52,742 nucleotides of DNA, taken from IMG/VR virus record IMGVR_UViG_3300025141_000137, positions 1 through 52,742 of that record, one strand, 5' to 3'. The position numbers were made by a program, and so were the translations under genes. How positions within the stretch are numbered: the first letter of the stretch is position 1; each line of letters starts with the position of its first letter. Source of the DNA: a virus (taxonomy: Duplodnaviria; Caudoviricetes). The notes beneath the pieces were generated by a model. The model was not told the origin of the DNA and did no database searches. It saw only the letters and a list, made by a program, of their open reading frames with translations. Shown in pieces: positions 37,490-46,763 of this stretch.

Positions 37490-37879
37490 ATGGCCTGTTT
37501 CACCATAATGGTAGAGAACCTCGACCATACCTATTCTCACTCGTATGTGGAGAAGGACGGCTCAGTCTCAAGAACACTGGTCAAGCCCCACCACTCCCAC
37601 CCCTACTCCCACGCTGTTCTCGTGGACTTTCATACTGCCAGTGAGGGGCAGAAGATCAACGCTCTCCTCCTGGCTCGTGAGTTTCCTGAGATCAGCTTTG
37701 AGACAAGCCCACTTGTCCTCTCCAAGGACGATCTGGAGACCCTGCTTGGGGCTCTCGATATGGCAGAGGATCACTACAACGAGCCCCAGCTCAGGGCTAA
37801 CAACCGATCACTGTTGCGTAGCATCGCCCACGTTCGGCAGGTGCTGGAGAAGAGACAACCTAACACTGAGGAGGATTAG
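37490..37879 (+). CDS. Hypothetical early protein
   Basis: GAGGAGG RBS in repeated junction. Confidence 0.7.
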   Translation: MACFTIMVENLDHTYSHSYVEKDGSVSRTLVKPHHSHPYSHAVLVDFHTASEGQKINALLLAREFPEISFETSPLVLSKDDLETLLGALDMAEDHYNEPQLRANNRSLLRSIAHVRQVLEKRQPNTEED

Positions 37880-37882
37880 GAA

Positions 37883-38146
37883 ATGGATAGCAGACTGAAA
37901 CTCTTTACCGCAAGAGTAATCGCCAGGGAAACGGGTTGTCCGTTGTGGGCCTCGGCGGTGGACTTCAGGAGAACTCTGAGCCACATCGCCTTTATCCCAA
38001 GCAAGGGAGTCCCCACAGTTGCCCTTAGTGAGAGACCCTGGTGCTATTACAACCCGGATTTCGCCGCCTCGGCAACCATTAGAGAACTCGTTGGGCTCCT
38101 AACCCATGAGGCCCTGCACATTGTAGCGGCTCGCAAGGAGGATTAG
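37883..38146 (+). CDS. Short HEXXH metallopeptidase-like protein (DUF2201_N-like fragment)
   Basis: YYNPDF...ELVGLLTHEALH. Confidence 0.65.
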   Translation: MDSRLKLFTARVIARETGCPLWASAVDFRRTLSHIAFIPSKGVPTVALSERPWCYYNPDFAASATIRELVGLLTHEALHIVAARKED

Positions 38147-38149
38147 GAA

Positions 38150-38380
38150 ATGGCACAGCACAAGCGGAAAGGCCCCAAGTCCACGAGAGATGGCTGTCTC
38201 CTTTGCAAGCCCCACAAGCGGCAAGGAGTAGACAGCCCCAAGCGACAGGAGATCCGGGCTCGGATCTCTGAGAGAGAGCAGCGTCAACGTGCGGCGAGGC
38301 TCTACCTCGGAGCACTTGGGGCTCAGGAAATAGGCTGGAACTCTTACTACCTGAAGTCTGAGGAGGACGAGGGAGAATAG
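38150..38380 (+). CDS. Small basic protein with CxxCxxH
   Basis: GCLLCKPHK; AAGGAGG RBS. Confidence 0.65.
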   Translation: MAQHKRKGPKSTRDGCLLCKPHKRQGVDSPKRQEIRARISEREQRQRAARLYLGALGAQEIGWNSYYLKSEEDEGE

Positions 38381-38486
38381 CTGCCAGTGGCAGACGGTGG
38401 GAGACAGGGCCCTGGCCAGGATCGGCCAGGATTTACCCTGTCTCCTCCCCGTGTACCACTGTTCGGTACTTTTCAAGGAGACTGAC

Positions 38487-38804
38487 ATGACGAATCGAGA
38501 ACTTGTGAGGGCCTGGGCTGAGGGCCGTGTAAACATGAACGGAGGAAACCTCTCTGTAGATGGAGAGGGTAGCCTGTGGTCCTACGATCTGGAGATCGGA
38601 CGGCGACAGGGCCAGAAGCTCATCGTGTATGACTACCGTGCGCCGATGACCGTCTCTCATACTACAACCTGTCATGTTGGACTGGCGGTCACTGCCGCTG
38701 TCCTCGCACACGAGGCACACGGTATCAGCTACGCTGTAGAGCACCCCTCGTTTGACGAGGTAGCCCTGGCACGGGCCTACTTTGTAGGCGGAGGGCGAGG
38801 ATAG
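38487..38804 (+). CDS. Hypothetical phage early protein
   Basis: CAAGGAGACTGACATG start; LWSY..EIG and SxTTxxH segments. Confidence 0.7.
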   Translation: MTNRELVRAWAEGRVNMNGGNLSVDGEGSLWSYDLEIGRRQGQKLIVYDYRAPMTVSHTTTCHVGLAVTAAVLAHEAHGISYAVEHPSFDEVALARAYFVGGGRG

Positions 38805-38893
38805 CACCGAGACTTCAGCCCCTCGCCCCTGTGGCTTGGGGTTGTGGCCTCAGTGCTGTTCCAGTCCTGAGGATTCCCCAACGGAGACAACCA

Positions 38894-40168
38894 ATGACTA
38901 CGTCCACCCTTCCTATGGCTACTCTCTCTGAGAGTGGTCCCATTGAGAGTAATCTCACCGCTCAAGAGCTTGCCGTAGCCACTGCGCTAATGGCAAACCT
39001 CCCTCCCCTGCTTGTGGGGCGTCCTGGTACCGGGAAGTCTACCTTTATGGCGGCCCTTGTCCAGGCTCTCCAGTACAGGGGACACACCTGGATTCTGACG
39101 CAGATGGACCCCACTGTAATCGGTGGGCTCCCCTACAAGACGACTGTGGAGATGTTCGGGCAGATGCGAGAGGTCGTCAAGCGAGCGCCCCATATCTCCT
39201 TTGTGGCGACGGCCCTGGACACGGAGAATACCTACGTCCATGGCTTTGATGAGTTCAGCAACGCTACCCCTGCTCAGCGGTCAGCATTCCTGGACCTCGT
39301 GACTCGGCGCTACGCTGGGGACTTGCCCCTGCCTGAGAGCACACGATTCTGGGCAGGGATGAACCCTGCTAACTGCGCTGTTGTGTACCATCCTCTCCAG
39401 TGTCCTACCGCTACACGGTGGGTCTGGATTGACTGGGAGCCTGCCTACAATCGGGAAAGCTGGCGGCGTGGAATGCTGGAGGGCTGGCCTGAGCCCAAGG
39501 TGCCGCGTCTCTCTGAGAACTGGCAGGATCTCATTCCCATGTCACGCGCTATGCTCGTGGGCTTTGAGAAGCGAGACCCTACCGTGTTCCACGAGGGGTT
39601 TGTGCTGACAGAGGACGGACTCCACTGCCCTGAGCCTGCAAAGCTGGTGGACTGTCCTACCAGCAACGGGCGTACCCTGGAGATGGCGGCTGTGGCATAT
39701 GCTGCAACGCTGGGGCTGGCAGGGAGTGGCCTGGCCGAGGCTGACATTGAGGCTGTCCGGTCCCTGCTAATCAAGGGCATTCTGGGAGAGGCGACAGGCC
39801 GTGCGCTCGTGGAATACTTTGATGTGGCGAATGAGATCCCCTCTCCTGAGGAGATTCTCGCTGACCCCACTGGCTACGATGTCCAGGGCCTCCGTCCTGA
39901 CCTCCAGTTCTTGATGATCTCCTCCGTCGGTGCCTATGTCCGTGGTCTCGTGGTCAACAAGCGAGACTCCAGCGCTGACGCCTGGGCACGGGCTCTCCGG
40001 TTCGTGCAGCACGTTGATTCTCAGGGTGCTGGGGATCTCGCTATGGTGTGTGCCAGCCTGTTCATAGCTAAAGCGGTCGGTATTCCGACAGGAGCTAAGG
40101 CTCCCAAGGGTACGCTGGCTGTACTGCTGCCCGTCTTGAATGAACTAAAGAGTATCGCTGCTAAGTAG
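38894..40168 (+). CDS. MoxR-like AAA+ ATPase
   Basis: GRPGTGKS Walker A, FDEFS Walker B, DPTVIGGLP, AGMNP sensor; GGAG RBS. Confidence 0.9.
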   Translation: MTTSTLPMATLSESGPIESNLTAQELAVATALMANLPPLLVGRPGTGKSTFMAALVQALQYRGHTWILTQMDPTVIGGLPYKTTVEMFGQMREVVKRAPHISFVATALDTENTYVHGFDEFSNATPAQRSAFLDLVTRRYAGDLPLPESTRFWAGMNPANCAVVYHPLQCPTATRWVWIDWEPAYNRESWRRGMLEGWPEPKVPRLSENWQDLIPMSRAMLVGFEKRDPTVFHEGFVLTEDGLHCPEPAKLVDCPTSNGRTLEMAAVAYAATLGLAGSGLAEADIEAVRSLLIKGILGEATGRALVEYFDVANEIPSPEEILADPTGYDVQGLRPDLQFLMISSVGAYVRGLVVNKRDSSADAWARALRFVQHVDSQGAGDLAMVCASLFIAKAVGIPTGAKAPKGTLAVLLPVLNELKSIAAK

Positions 40169-40249
40169 GAGTCCGGTCAGACACTGAGACGTCTCACCCA
40201 GGTGTGGGACGTCTCCGTGTCCGATTCCGGGCATTTCAAGGAGACTGAC

Positions 40250-41032
40250 ATGGGACAGAAGGAGACTGCTGCGTTCTTCCTCTCTGTGAGGGTGCAATGC
40301 GGTGGAGCACTACACAAAATAGGAATCACAACCAAGGGACATTTCGTCATGTGTGAGCATGACATGGAGGAGTTCAAGGTCATGGCGGAGTTCCTCGGAG
40401 ACGGGGACCGCCAGTACAAGGGCGGTAAGAAGGGCGGTGTCCGAGACATCCGTTGCTTCTACGTCCTGGCCCAGTGGAGAGAGTTCTTCAACAGGCGCCA
40501 TGCCTACGAAAAGACTCATTTCCACCAGACCCCGGCTGATCTGCGACCTTTTATGAAGATCGCTGTGGATATCGGCAGTAGGCGTAGGAGGGCTAACAAC
40601 GCCCGCTACGGGGAGGGCCCACAGTGGAAACAGGCCATTACGAGCACGCACATCAAGGCGCATGATCGCCTCACGGATATCCGAAAGCGCAGCCCTATCG
40701 TCAATGAGAGCGGCTACGTTCTCTCCAGCAGGATGACATCGTGCGAGCACCTCCATGGTACGTGGATACGTGCCTCCTTCCGTAGACGGAAGGGTGTGGG
40801 GTACCTCACATACGACCCTGACTTTACCCCCCACGAGGGTCTCCTCACCGGGTACAGGGTCTCCGTCACTGACACCTCCCCCATTGGACGTATCTGTACC
40901 AAGGAAGGGAGGCTGGCTCACCCAGGATTTTCCTGGGATCCGCCCCCTGCGCTGGGCTTTCGCAACGTGTCGGCTATGCGGCACAACTCACCCTGGGCTC
41001 TCGCTGAGAGACCCCTCACCCCTGGAGAATAG
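40250..41032 (+). CDS. Hypothetical basic protein between AAA+ and vWA genes
   Basis: CAAGGAGACTGACATG start; Cys/His-containing N-terminus. Confidence 0.7.
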   Translation: MGQKETAAFFLSVRVQCGGALHKIGITTKGHFVMCEHDMEEFKVMAEFLGDGDRQYKGGKKGGVRDIRCFYVLAQWREFFNRRHAYEKTHFHQTPADLRPFMKIAVDIGSRRRRANNARYGEGPQWKQAITSTHIKAHDRLTDIRKRSPIVNESGYVLSSRMTSCEHLHGTWIRASFRRRKGVGYLTYDPDFTPHEGLLTGYRVSVTDTSPIGRICTKEGRLAHPGFSWDPPPALGFRNVSAMRHNSPWALAERPLTPGE

Positions 41033-41034
41033 CC

Positions 41035-42471
41035 ATGTTTGTAGCACCCAACTCTGGGCCAGCCCGCCCTGGCGAGAGCGCCGTCCAGAAAGACCTCCGA
41101 GAACTGCAGGAGCAGATCATGCTGCTGCTGACAAGCGAGGAGTGGGAAGAGGAGGGCCGGCGTAACTTCATGTTTGCCAGGGCCTTCCTTATGAGGAAGT
41201 TCCCATTCACGGGGCGTGCCCTCTCCGCCGTGACTCCTGTGCAGGCCAAGGGCCTGCTGGCTCTGGGAGGCATGGCCTGTGACAAGAACTGGCGTGTGTA
41301 CTACGACCCTGAGTGCTGGCTGAAATACACCAAGATTGAGTGTGCAGCGATGCTTGCTCACGAGGTCTACGGACACCTCCTCGGACGGCACTTCCAACGT
41401 GCCCAGGCTCACCTGGGGTACATGCCTGAGGCTGGAGAACCCCTGCCGCCTCACCTCAAGAAGCAGGCTGAGAAGATCAACCGCGCTCAGGACCTCGCAA
41501 TCCACGGGCTTGAGAGTTGGATACGGGACAACATTCCCAAGGACTCCCTGTTTCCTGAGAAGTATGGGCTCCCCCTGGGGAAGGCCTGGGAGTGGTACTA
41601 CGCCAACCTGCCTGACGATGAGGAGGGCGGCTCTGGTAAGGATCCCGGTGAGGATCCCGGTAAGAATCTGGGCGGTCAGCCTGGAGCCCCGAGCAAGGGA
41701 GGGCCGGGCAAGGAGCGCTGCTGTGGCGGTGGCTCTGGTGCTGGTAATCCTCGGCCCTGGGAGCTCCCTGAGCCTGGGAAGGGCCAGGGTAAGCACGATG
41801 TCCCTGGATTGAACGAGCAACAGGGAGAGCAGGTCCGTCAGGGTACTGCCCAGGATATCAAGGAAGCTCAGAAGGGCGGCAGGCTGCGAGGCTCAGGCTA
41901 CGGAGGCTGGATTGCATGGGCTGACAAGCAGTTGGCTCCTGCTCAGACCCCCTGGCAGACCCTTGCTGCTACCGTCATTCGTCAGCAGCGGATCAAGATC
42001 GGTGCTGATGACTACTCCTGGCAACGTCCCTCTCCTCTCTCCTGGAGCCTGGACGGCATCATCCTCCCCTCTCTCGTCTCGTTTGAATGGACGGCTTCTG
42101 TCGTCCTGGACCAGTCAGGGTCTATGACTGACGATGACGTGGTAGAGAGCCTCTCTGAGGTAGAGGGTCTCGTCCGACAGTGTGGCGCCAAGTGCAATGT
42201 CTACGTCGCCACTGACGGAGTGAATGAGGCTCACCGAGACCTGTCCTCTATGCGGACGCTGCTGGGTAAGCGCCACGGTGGCGGGACGGATCTCCGGCCT
42301 GCCATTGAGGCTGCTGCAAAGGATGACTGTGATCTGCTCGTGGTATGCACGGATGGCTACACGCCATGGCCTGACAAGGCCCCCACTGTGCCCGTGGTTG
42401 TGCTGCTCTTTGGCAATAACTGTGGCAAGGGCCGAGTGCCCTCCTGGGCTACCACGCTGATCTGTGACTGA
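41035..42471 (+). CDS. Metallopeptidase-like + vWA domain protein (DUF2201-type)
   Basis: YYDP...LAHEVYGH, Gly/Pro linker, MIDAS motifs LDQSGSM, GGGTD, CTDG. Confidence 0.88.
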   Translation: MFVAPNSGPARPGESAVQKDLRELQEQIMLLLTSEEWEEEGRRNFMFARAFLMRKFPFTGRALSAVTPVQAKGLLALGGMACDKNWRVYYDPECWLKYTKIECAAMLAHEVYGHLLGRHFQRAQAHLGYMPEAGEPLPPHLKKQAEKINRAQDLAIHGLESWIRDNIPKDSLFPEKYGLPLGKAWEWYYANLPDDEEGGSGKDPGEDPGKNLGGQPGAPSKGGPGKERCCGGGSGAGNPRPWELPEPGKGQGKHDVPGLNEQQGEQVRQGTAQDIKEAQKGGRLRGSGYGGWIAWADKQLAPAQTPWQTLAATVIRQQRIKIGADDYSWQRPSPLSWSLDGIILPSLVSFEWTASVVLDQSGSMTDDDVVESLSEVEGLVRQCGAKCNVYVATDGVNEAHRDLSSMRTLLGKRHGGGTDLRPAIEAAAKDDCDLLVVCTDGYTPWPDKAPTVPVVVLLFGNNCGKGRVPSWATTLICD

Positions 42472-42625
42472 TTAGCGCCGTCTCTCCTCCGATTCCCCCT
42501 GGTTGGTTGTCTCCTGGCCAGGGTTGTGAGGAGGGGCGGTGCTCTCGCTTCAAAGGTTGACGTAGGCTCTCCCCCTCTCGGGGAGAGCCTCAGTCTGTCA
42601 TTGAAGACAGAACTGGAGAGCCAAA

Positions 42626-43456
42626 ATGAATCTTGAAAAGAACACGCTCCGTGTCAACGGTGTCGTGACCTACTGGTCCCTGTCTGAGGGGCTGTCCCTG
42701 GACTCGCTGCGGGACAACTGTCCTGACTGGTTCAATAAAATGCTGCCTGAGGAGACGGCTCCGCTGGGAGCCCTCAAGCGTGTGCTGACACGGCGCATTC
42801 AGGGCAAGGCGGGTCTCTACCTGCGCCCTGTGGCCCGGGATGGCTATGCCATCATGCAAGAGCACGAGGCTGCTGGGAAAAAGGCTGCGACCGAGCGTGG
42901 TCGTATGCTGCTGCTCCCGCTCCCTGACGGAGGTGTGGGCCTTGCCATGACTCCCTTCCACGAGGGAGTCTTTGCTGATCTCGTGAAGCAGTGGCAGCAG
43001 GAGCGTCGGCGTATCACCGCCAGCGCTCTCGGCACCGCGCTCTCTCGCGCTGTCTTATCTGCCCGGGTGAAGGGCGTGTCCCTACGTCCGTCGGGAGGTA
43101 TCTACTGGGTGAGCGACAATAGCTGTCCCGAGTGGGAGGCCCTCGCTACTGGCATCGAGACCTCTGGCCCTGCGTCTGTCTACCGTATGGGCGTGGCCCA
43201 TGACGCTGAGAGCGTGCGAGCCATCTGCGATAATCTCACGGCTCACGTCGAGAAGGAGATGGAGCAGGTGAATGAGGCTCTCACTGGAGGAGACCTGGGT
43301 AAGCGTGGCCAGAAGACACAGAAGCGTCGGGCCCGCTCCCTGGAGGAGTTGGTCTCTCACGTCGAGGAGACGCTGGAGATCACGCTGCTGGGCCTGCGCC
43401 AGAAGACCACCGAGATTGCCGATGTGGCTGTCCTGGAGACTTTCCTGGAGGGGTGA
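42626..43456 (+). CDS. Conserved phage protein with C-terminal coiled coil (DUF3150/DUF6744-like)
   Basis: GVVTYWSL and LRPSGGIYWV segments; follows AAA+/vWA pair. Confidence 0.6.
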   Translation: MNLEKNTLRVNGVVTYWSLSEGLSLDSLRDNCPDWFNKMLPEETAPLGALKRVLTRRIQGKAGLYLRPVARDGYAIMQEHEAAGKKAATERGRMLLLPLPDGGVGLAMTPFHEGVFADLVKQWQQERRRITASALGTALSRAVLSARVKGVSLRPSGGIYWVSDNSCPEWEALATGIETSGPASVYRMGVAHDAESVRAICDNLTAHVEKEMEQVNEALTGGDLGKRGQKTQKRRARSLEELVSHVEETLEITLLGLRQKTTEIADVAVLETFLEG

Positions 43457-43725
43457 TGCCCTGCCTCTATGTCTACCCCCTCTCTACGCTCCCTCACCAA
43501 CGAGGGAAGTATCGGTGCCATGTCCCGGGCCGCTGGTTGAAGGACCTGTGGGTCGGGACTGACTACAGCATGTCTGTTACCTGGGCCCGGGATGGGGGGC
43601 CTTTTCGGGGGCATACCCTGAAGCTGACGCCCAGGCTGCTGCCTATGACGTGGAGGGGTGGGGAGCCCCCAGGAGAGGCCATCTCCCATAAGGACTTCTA
43701 TGCGCTGTGCCTCCTGCAGCAGTGA
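43453..43725 (+). CDS. Hypothetical protein
   Basis: GGAGG RBS, GTGA overlap; followed by hairpin at 43732-43766. Confidence 0.55.
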   Translation: MMPCLYVYPLSTLPHQRGKYRCHVPGRWLKDLWVGTDYSMSVTWARDGGPFRGHTLKLTPRLLPMTWRGGEPPGEAISHKDFYALCLLQQ

Positions 43726-43939
43726 ATCTCTGAGAGCCCCGCCTTTCTCAGAAGGGCGGGGTTCTCTGAGCGCTTTCTCTATCACGATCTCTCTTGGAGC
43801 AGCCCCCACAGGGTTTGCCTGTCCACCGAGGGAGTCCGGAGGGAGGCGCAGAAAGATTGAATCGTGCAAGCCCGGCCAGGCGCGGGCTTCAATCAGTTAC
43901 TCGGAAGTTGGGGGTATAGGAAGCGGGTTGTCGCTACCG

Positions 43940-44110
43940 ATACATTAGGGTATAGCCGGCACCCTTCCTATATTGTTCTTCAACTACCCCTTGGAAGAGT
44001 ATCAGATAGATAGGTATTACTTATGCATCTGTTCTATTTTATATACTATATAATAGTAGAAACAGAAAGAAGGCTCATGCCCCCTTCCCCCCTTCCTATT
44101 CCCTATACAA
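43940..44110. other. AT-rich putative replication origin
   Basis: Sharp AT-rich island with imperfect palindrome 44028-44066 (core TTATATA-C-TATATAA) upstream of primase-helicase. Confidence 0.55.
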
Positions 44111-44120
44111 AGGACCTCTC

Positions 44121-44486
44121 GTGAATACTGATCGTGCAATCGTGAAGCTCGCTATCTCCCGCCTCGCTGAGCGGACCGGCCTGGATGATGGCGCCTACCT
44201 CACTGACCTCATTCTGCGTGAGGCTGAGCGAAAGCTCCCAGACTGGTGGATCATCAAGGTAGGGCTCTCGGCTGAAGCCATCGAGACCGCTGCCTACCAG
44301 ATGGCTCGCGGTGAGAATGCCGTAGGGTTTACCCTCGATGAACTTATCGACTACCTCGGCCTGGAAGCCATCTCCTCCCCTACCCGCAAGGGTCACATCG
44401 CTCAGGTGCTACGAGACGTTGGCCTTGAGCACCGGCTGCGGACTGTCGCTACCGGTCGCAAGGCGTGGCTCTGGGTTGTGAAATAG
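44121..44486 (+). CDS. Putative winged-helix DNA-binding protein
   Basis: AAGGA RBS; C-terminal IAQVLRDVG...GRKAWLW helix plus wing pattern. Confidence 0.6.
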   Translation: MNTDRAIVKLAISRLAERTGLDDGAYLTDLILREAERKLPDWWIIKVGLSAEAIETAAYQMARGENAVGFTLDELIDYLGLEAISSPTRKGHIAQVLRDVGLEHRLRTVATGRKAWLWVVK

Positions 44487-44597
44487 CGCCCTCGCCCTTT
44501 CCTCTACCCCCCACCTACGCTACGATCAGCGAACCCCCCTCCCGTACACTCGGAAGGGGGGTTGCTGGCTGACTGCTGTTCTTTCTGGAGACACATA

Positions 44598-46739
44598 ATG
44601 GGTTGCTGTTACCCATGGACCCTGTCGCTCTACTCTCAGGGCATCACCAGCGTACTGCCTCATGCAGTGCAAGTCAAGAATGACGCCGATGTCGTTCGCC
44701 TCTTCACCGTGCCGCTGCAGCCTGGGCCCAACGCTGACAAGCGACGGACTCCCTGTTGGTCCCCTGCGATCTATACCGCTGGAGCCCGCCGGAAGAACGA
44801 GAACGTCAACCTCATCACGGCTCTCGTCTACGACTTTGATGACACCTCCGTCTCTCCCAAGGAGGTCCACACGGCCTTGAAGGGAAAGCTGGCTCACGTC
44901 ATCCACACAAGCTGGTCCCACACGGACGATGCCCCGCGCTTCCGGCTCATCCTCCCACTGACTGAGGCCCTGTCCCCAGCCCGTTTTGTCCGTGCTTGGA
45001 CAGCTTGTCTGGCGTGGTTGGGCTACACTGAGGATGCTGACCCCCAGTGTAAGGATCTCGCTCGCCTCTATCTTCTGCCGGCGTCGAGACCTGACAGAAG
45101 CTACGAGGCGTACATGGACCTCACCTCGCCCCCTTTAGATGCGGCTACGCTACCGGCGGCTCCTCCCAAGCCCAAGCCAATCAACTCCCTCCTCTCTCGG
45201 GGGACGGCTCTCGCCCTGTCGAACGGGGTCAACGTCACCGTGGGAGACCTCGTTGCTCAGGGAGAGGGGAAGTATCGCTGCGCCTGCCCGTTTGAGCCGC
45301 AAGCCTCACAGGGTAGCGCCTTCTTCCGCATCCTCCAGGACGGGCGTGCCTTCCTGCAATGCACCTCAGACCGGCACGTCCACCCGGGGCGGAAGTTCTG
45401 GTTGTCGCTACCATCGACGGATCCTCTCTCTGAGGTCCCCTCTGAGCTACGCAGCTACGTGAACAACACCCTTGCCTACTCCGCCCCTCAAGGCGTCTTC
45501 TACCACAGCAAGGATGGGCGCTGGGCCATCGACATGCCCTGGCGCACTGACGCCCTGCACCGGCATCTCATCGGGAAGCTCCCGGAGAAGTGTGGAGCCA
45601 AGCACGCCCGTGCCCTGACGGAGACCGTGCTGCGTCGTCAGGTCTATGGGTTCGGCTACTCCTCCACTGCAAGCTCCATCATTGATGGAGACGAGCCCCT
45701 CCTGAATCTCTACGCCCCGCCCGACGTGGAGCCCACACCAGGACAGTACCCTCGGATCCTGGAGATCCTTGAGGTTCTGACAGACGGAGACCGCAAGGCC
45801 ATGAAGTGGCTCGTCCACTGGAGCGCAGCCCTCGCTCAACGGCCTGAGCGTAGGGGCATGGTCTCTACCCTGGTGATCTCACCGCAGCAGGGCATCGGCA
45901 AGTCCATGTATGGCAACGTCCTTGCCACCATCATCGGACGTGCCAACTCCACGGTTGTCTCTACGAGAGCTCTAAGGGACAGCTTCAACGCCTCGTTCGT
46001 GGCCAAGCTGCTCGTGCTCGCTGACGAGGTAGGCATTCGCTCCTCTCACAAGGACGTGGTCGCAGACCTCAAGGCGTACATCACAGACGAGAGGGTGCAT
46101 TGTGCTGCGCCCTATGCCCCACGTCTTGAGGTAGAGAACCGCATGACGTGGTGGATGACCTCGAATGAGCCACACCCCCTGGTGATCGAGGAGGATGACC
46201 GGAGGTTCACCGTCTTCCTCTGTGGCCACGCGGACCCGCACTACCGAGACATGCTGAGAGGCTGCTTCTCTGCAAGGACAGGGACGTACTCCGACTCCTT
46301 CCTCGCGGAGATTTCCGGCTTCTCCCACGCCCTGCACAAGGTCCGCATCGACTACAGCCTCATCTCCCGACCGCTCTCCTCTCACGCCAAGCGAGAACTG
46401 CAGGGCGTCTCCCTCGGCTCTACCATCGGGTACGTGCGAGAGATGCAGAAGGCAGGGGCGATGGCGATGCTGTCTGGCTACCCACCAGCAGACCCTGCTG
46501 TCTACCGCATCCAACCCACTGACAACTGCGTGCCCTGCGCTGCGCTGTACCACTCCTACCGGACGTGGTGCGACCAGCATGGGCGCAGAGATGTCGCCGC
46601 TGAAGGCCCCTTCAGGCTCAGCGTTGCCCGTACCCCTGATGTCTCTGTCCGCACCGTGACGACAAACGGTCAGCGGATCCGCGTCTACAGCGGTCTGCCC
46701 AAGACAGACGACTCTTCAAATCTCATCGCCATCTCTTGA
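44598..46739 (+). CDS. Primase-helicase (AEP-like N-terminus + SF3/D5-like NTPase)
   Basis: LVYDFDD, HTSWSH..PRFRLILPL, QGIGKS Walker A, VLADE Walker B, MTSN, DDRRF; GGAG RBS. Confidence 0.88.
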   Translation: MGCCYPWTLSLYSQGITSVLPHAVQVKNDADVVRLFTVPLQPGPNADKRRTPCWSPAIYTAGARRKNENVNLITALVYDFDDTSVSPKEVHTALKGKLAHVIHTSWSHTDDAPRFRLILPLTEALSPARFVRAWTACLAWLGYTEDADPQCKDLARLYLLPASRPDRSYEAYMDLTSPPLDAATLPAAPPKPKPINSLLSRGTALALSNGVNVTVGDLVAQGEGKYRCACPFEPQASQGSAFFRILQDGRAFLQCTSDRHVHPGRKFWLSLPSTDPLSEVPSELRSYVNNTLAYSAPQGVFYHSKDGRWAIDMPWRTDALHRHLIGKLPEKCGAKHARALTETVLRRQVYGFGYSSTASSIIDGDEPLLNLYAPPDVEPTPGQYPRILEILEVLTDGDRKAMKWLVHWSAALAQRPERRGMVSTLVISPQQGIGKSMYGNVLATIIGRANSTVVSTRALRDSFNASFVAKLLVLADEVGIRSSHKDVVADLKAYITDERVHCAAPYAPRLEVENRMTWWMTSNEPHPLVIEEDDRRFTVFLCGHADPHYRDMLRGCFSARTGTYSDSFLAEISGFSHALHKVRIDYSLISRPLSSHAKRELQGVSLGSTIGYVREMQKAGAMAMLSGYPPADPAVYRIQPTDNCVPCAALYHSYRTWCDQHGRRDVAAEGPFRLSVARTPDVSVRTVTTNGQRIRVYSGLPKTDDSSNLIAIS

Positions 46740-46763
46740 TGCGCGACACCACAACGGAGCCCC

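Noticed and set aside
37864-37886. Hammerhead-like core CUGAGGA...GAAA in junction repeats
   Set aside because: Intervening 7 nt cannot form stem II; better explained as SD plus stop/start
1420-38380. Genome-wide TAG recoding, suggested by in-frame TAG-ATG and TAG-GAA-ATG junctions
   Set aside because: Conserved genes are intact under the standard code and downstream genes have their own SD sequences
41635-41670. 12-bp tandem repeat GGTAAGGATCCC-like
   Set aside because: Ordinary slippage in a Gly/Pro linker
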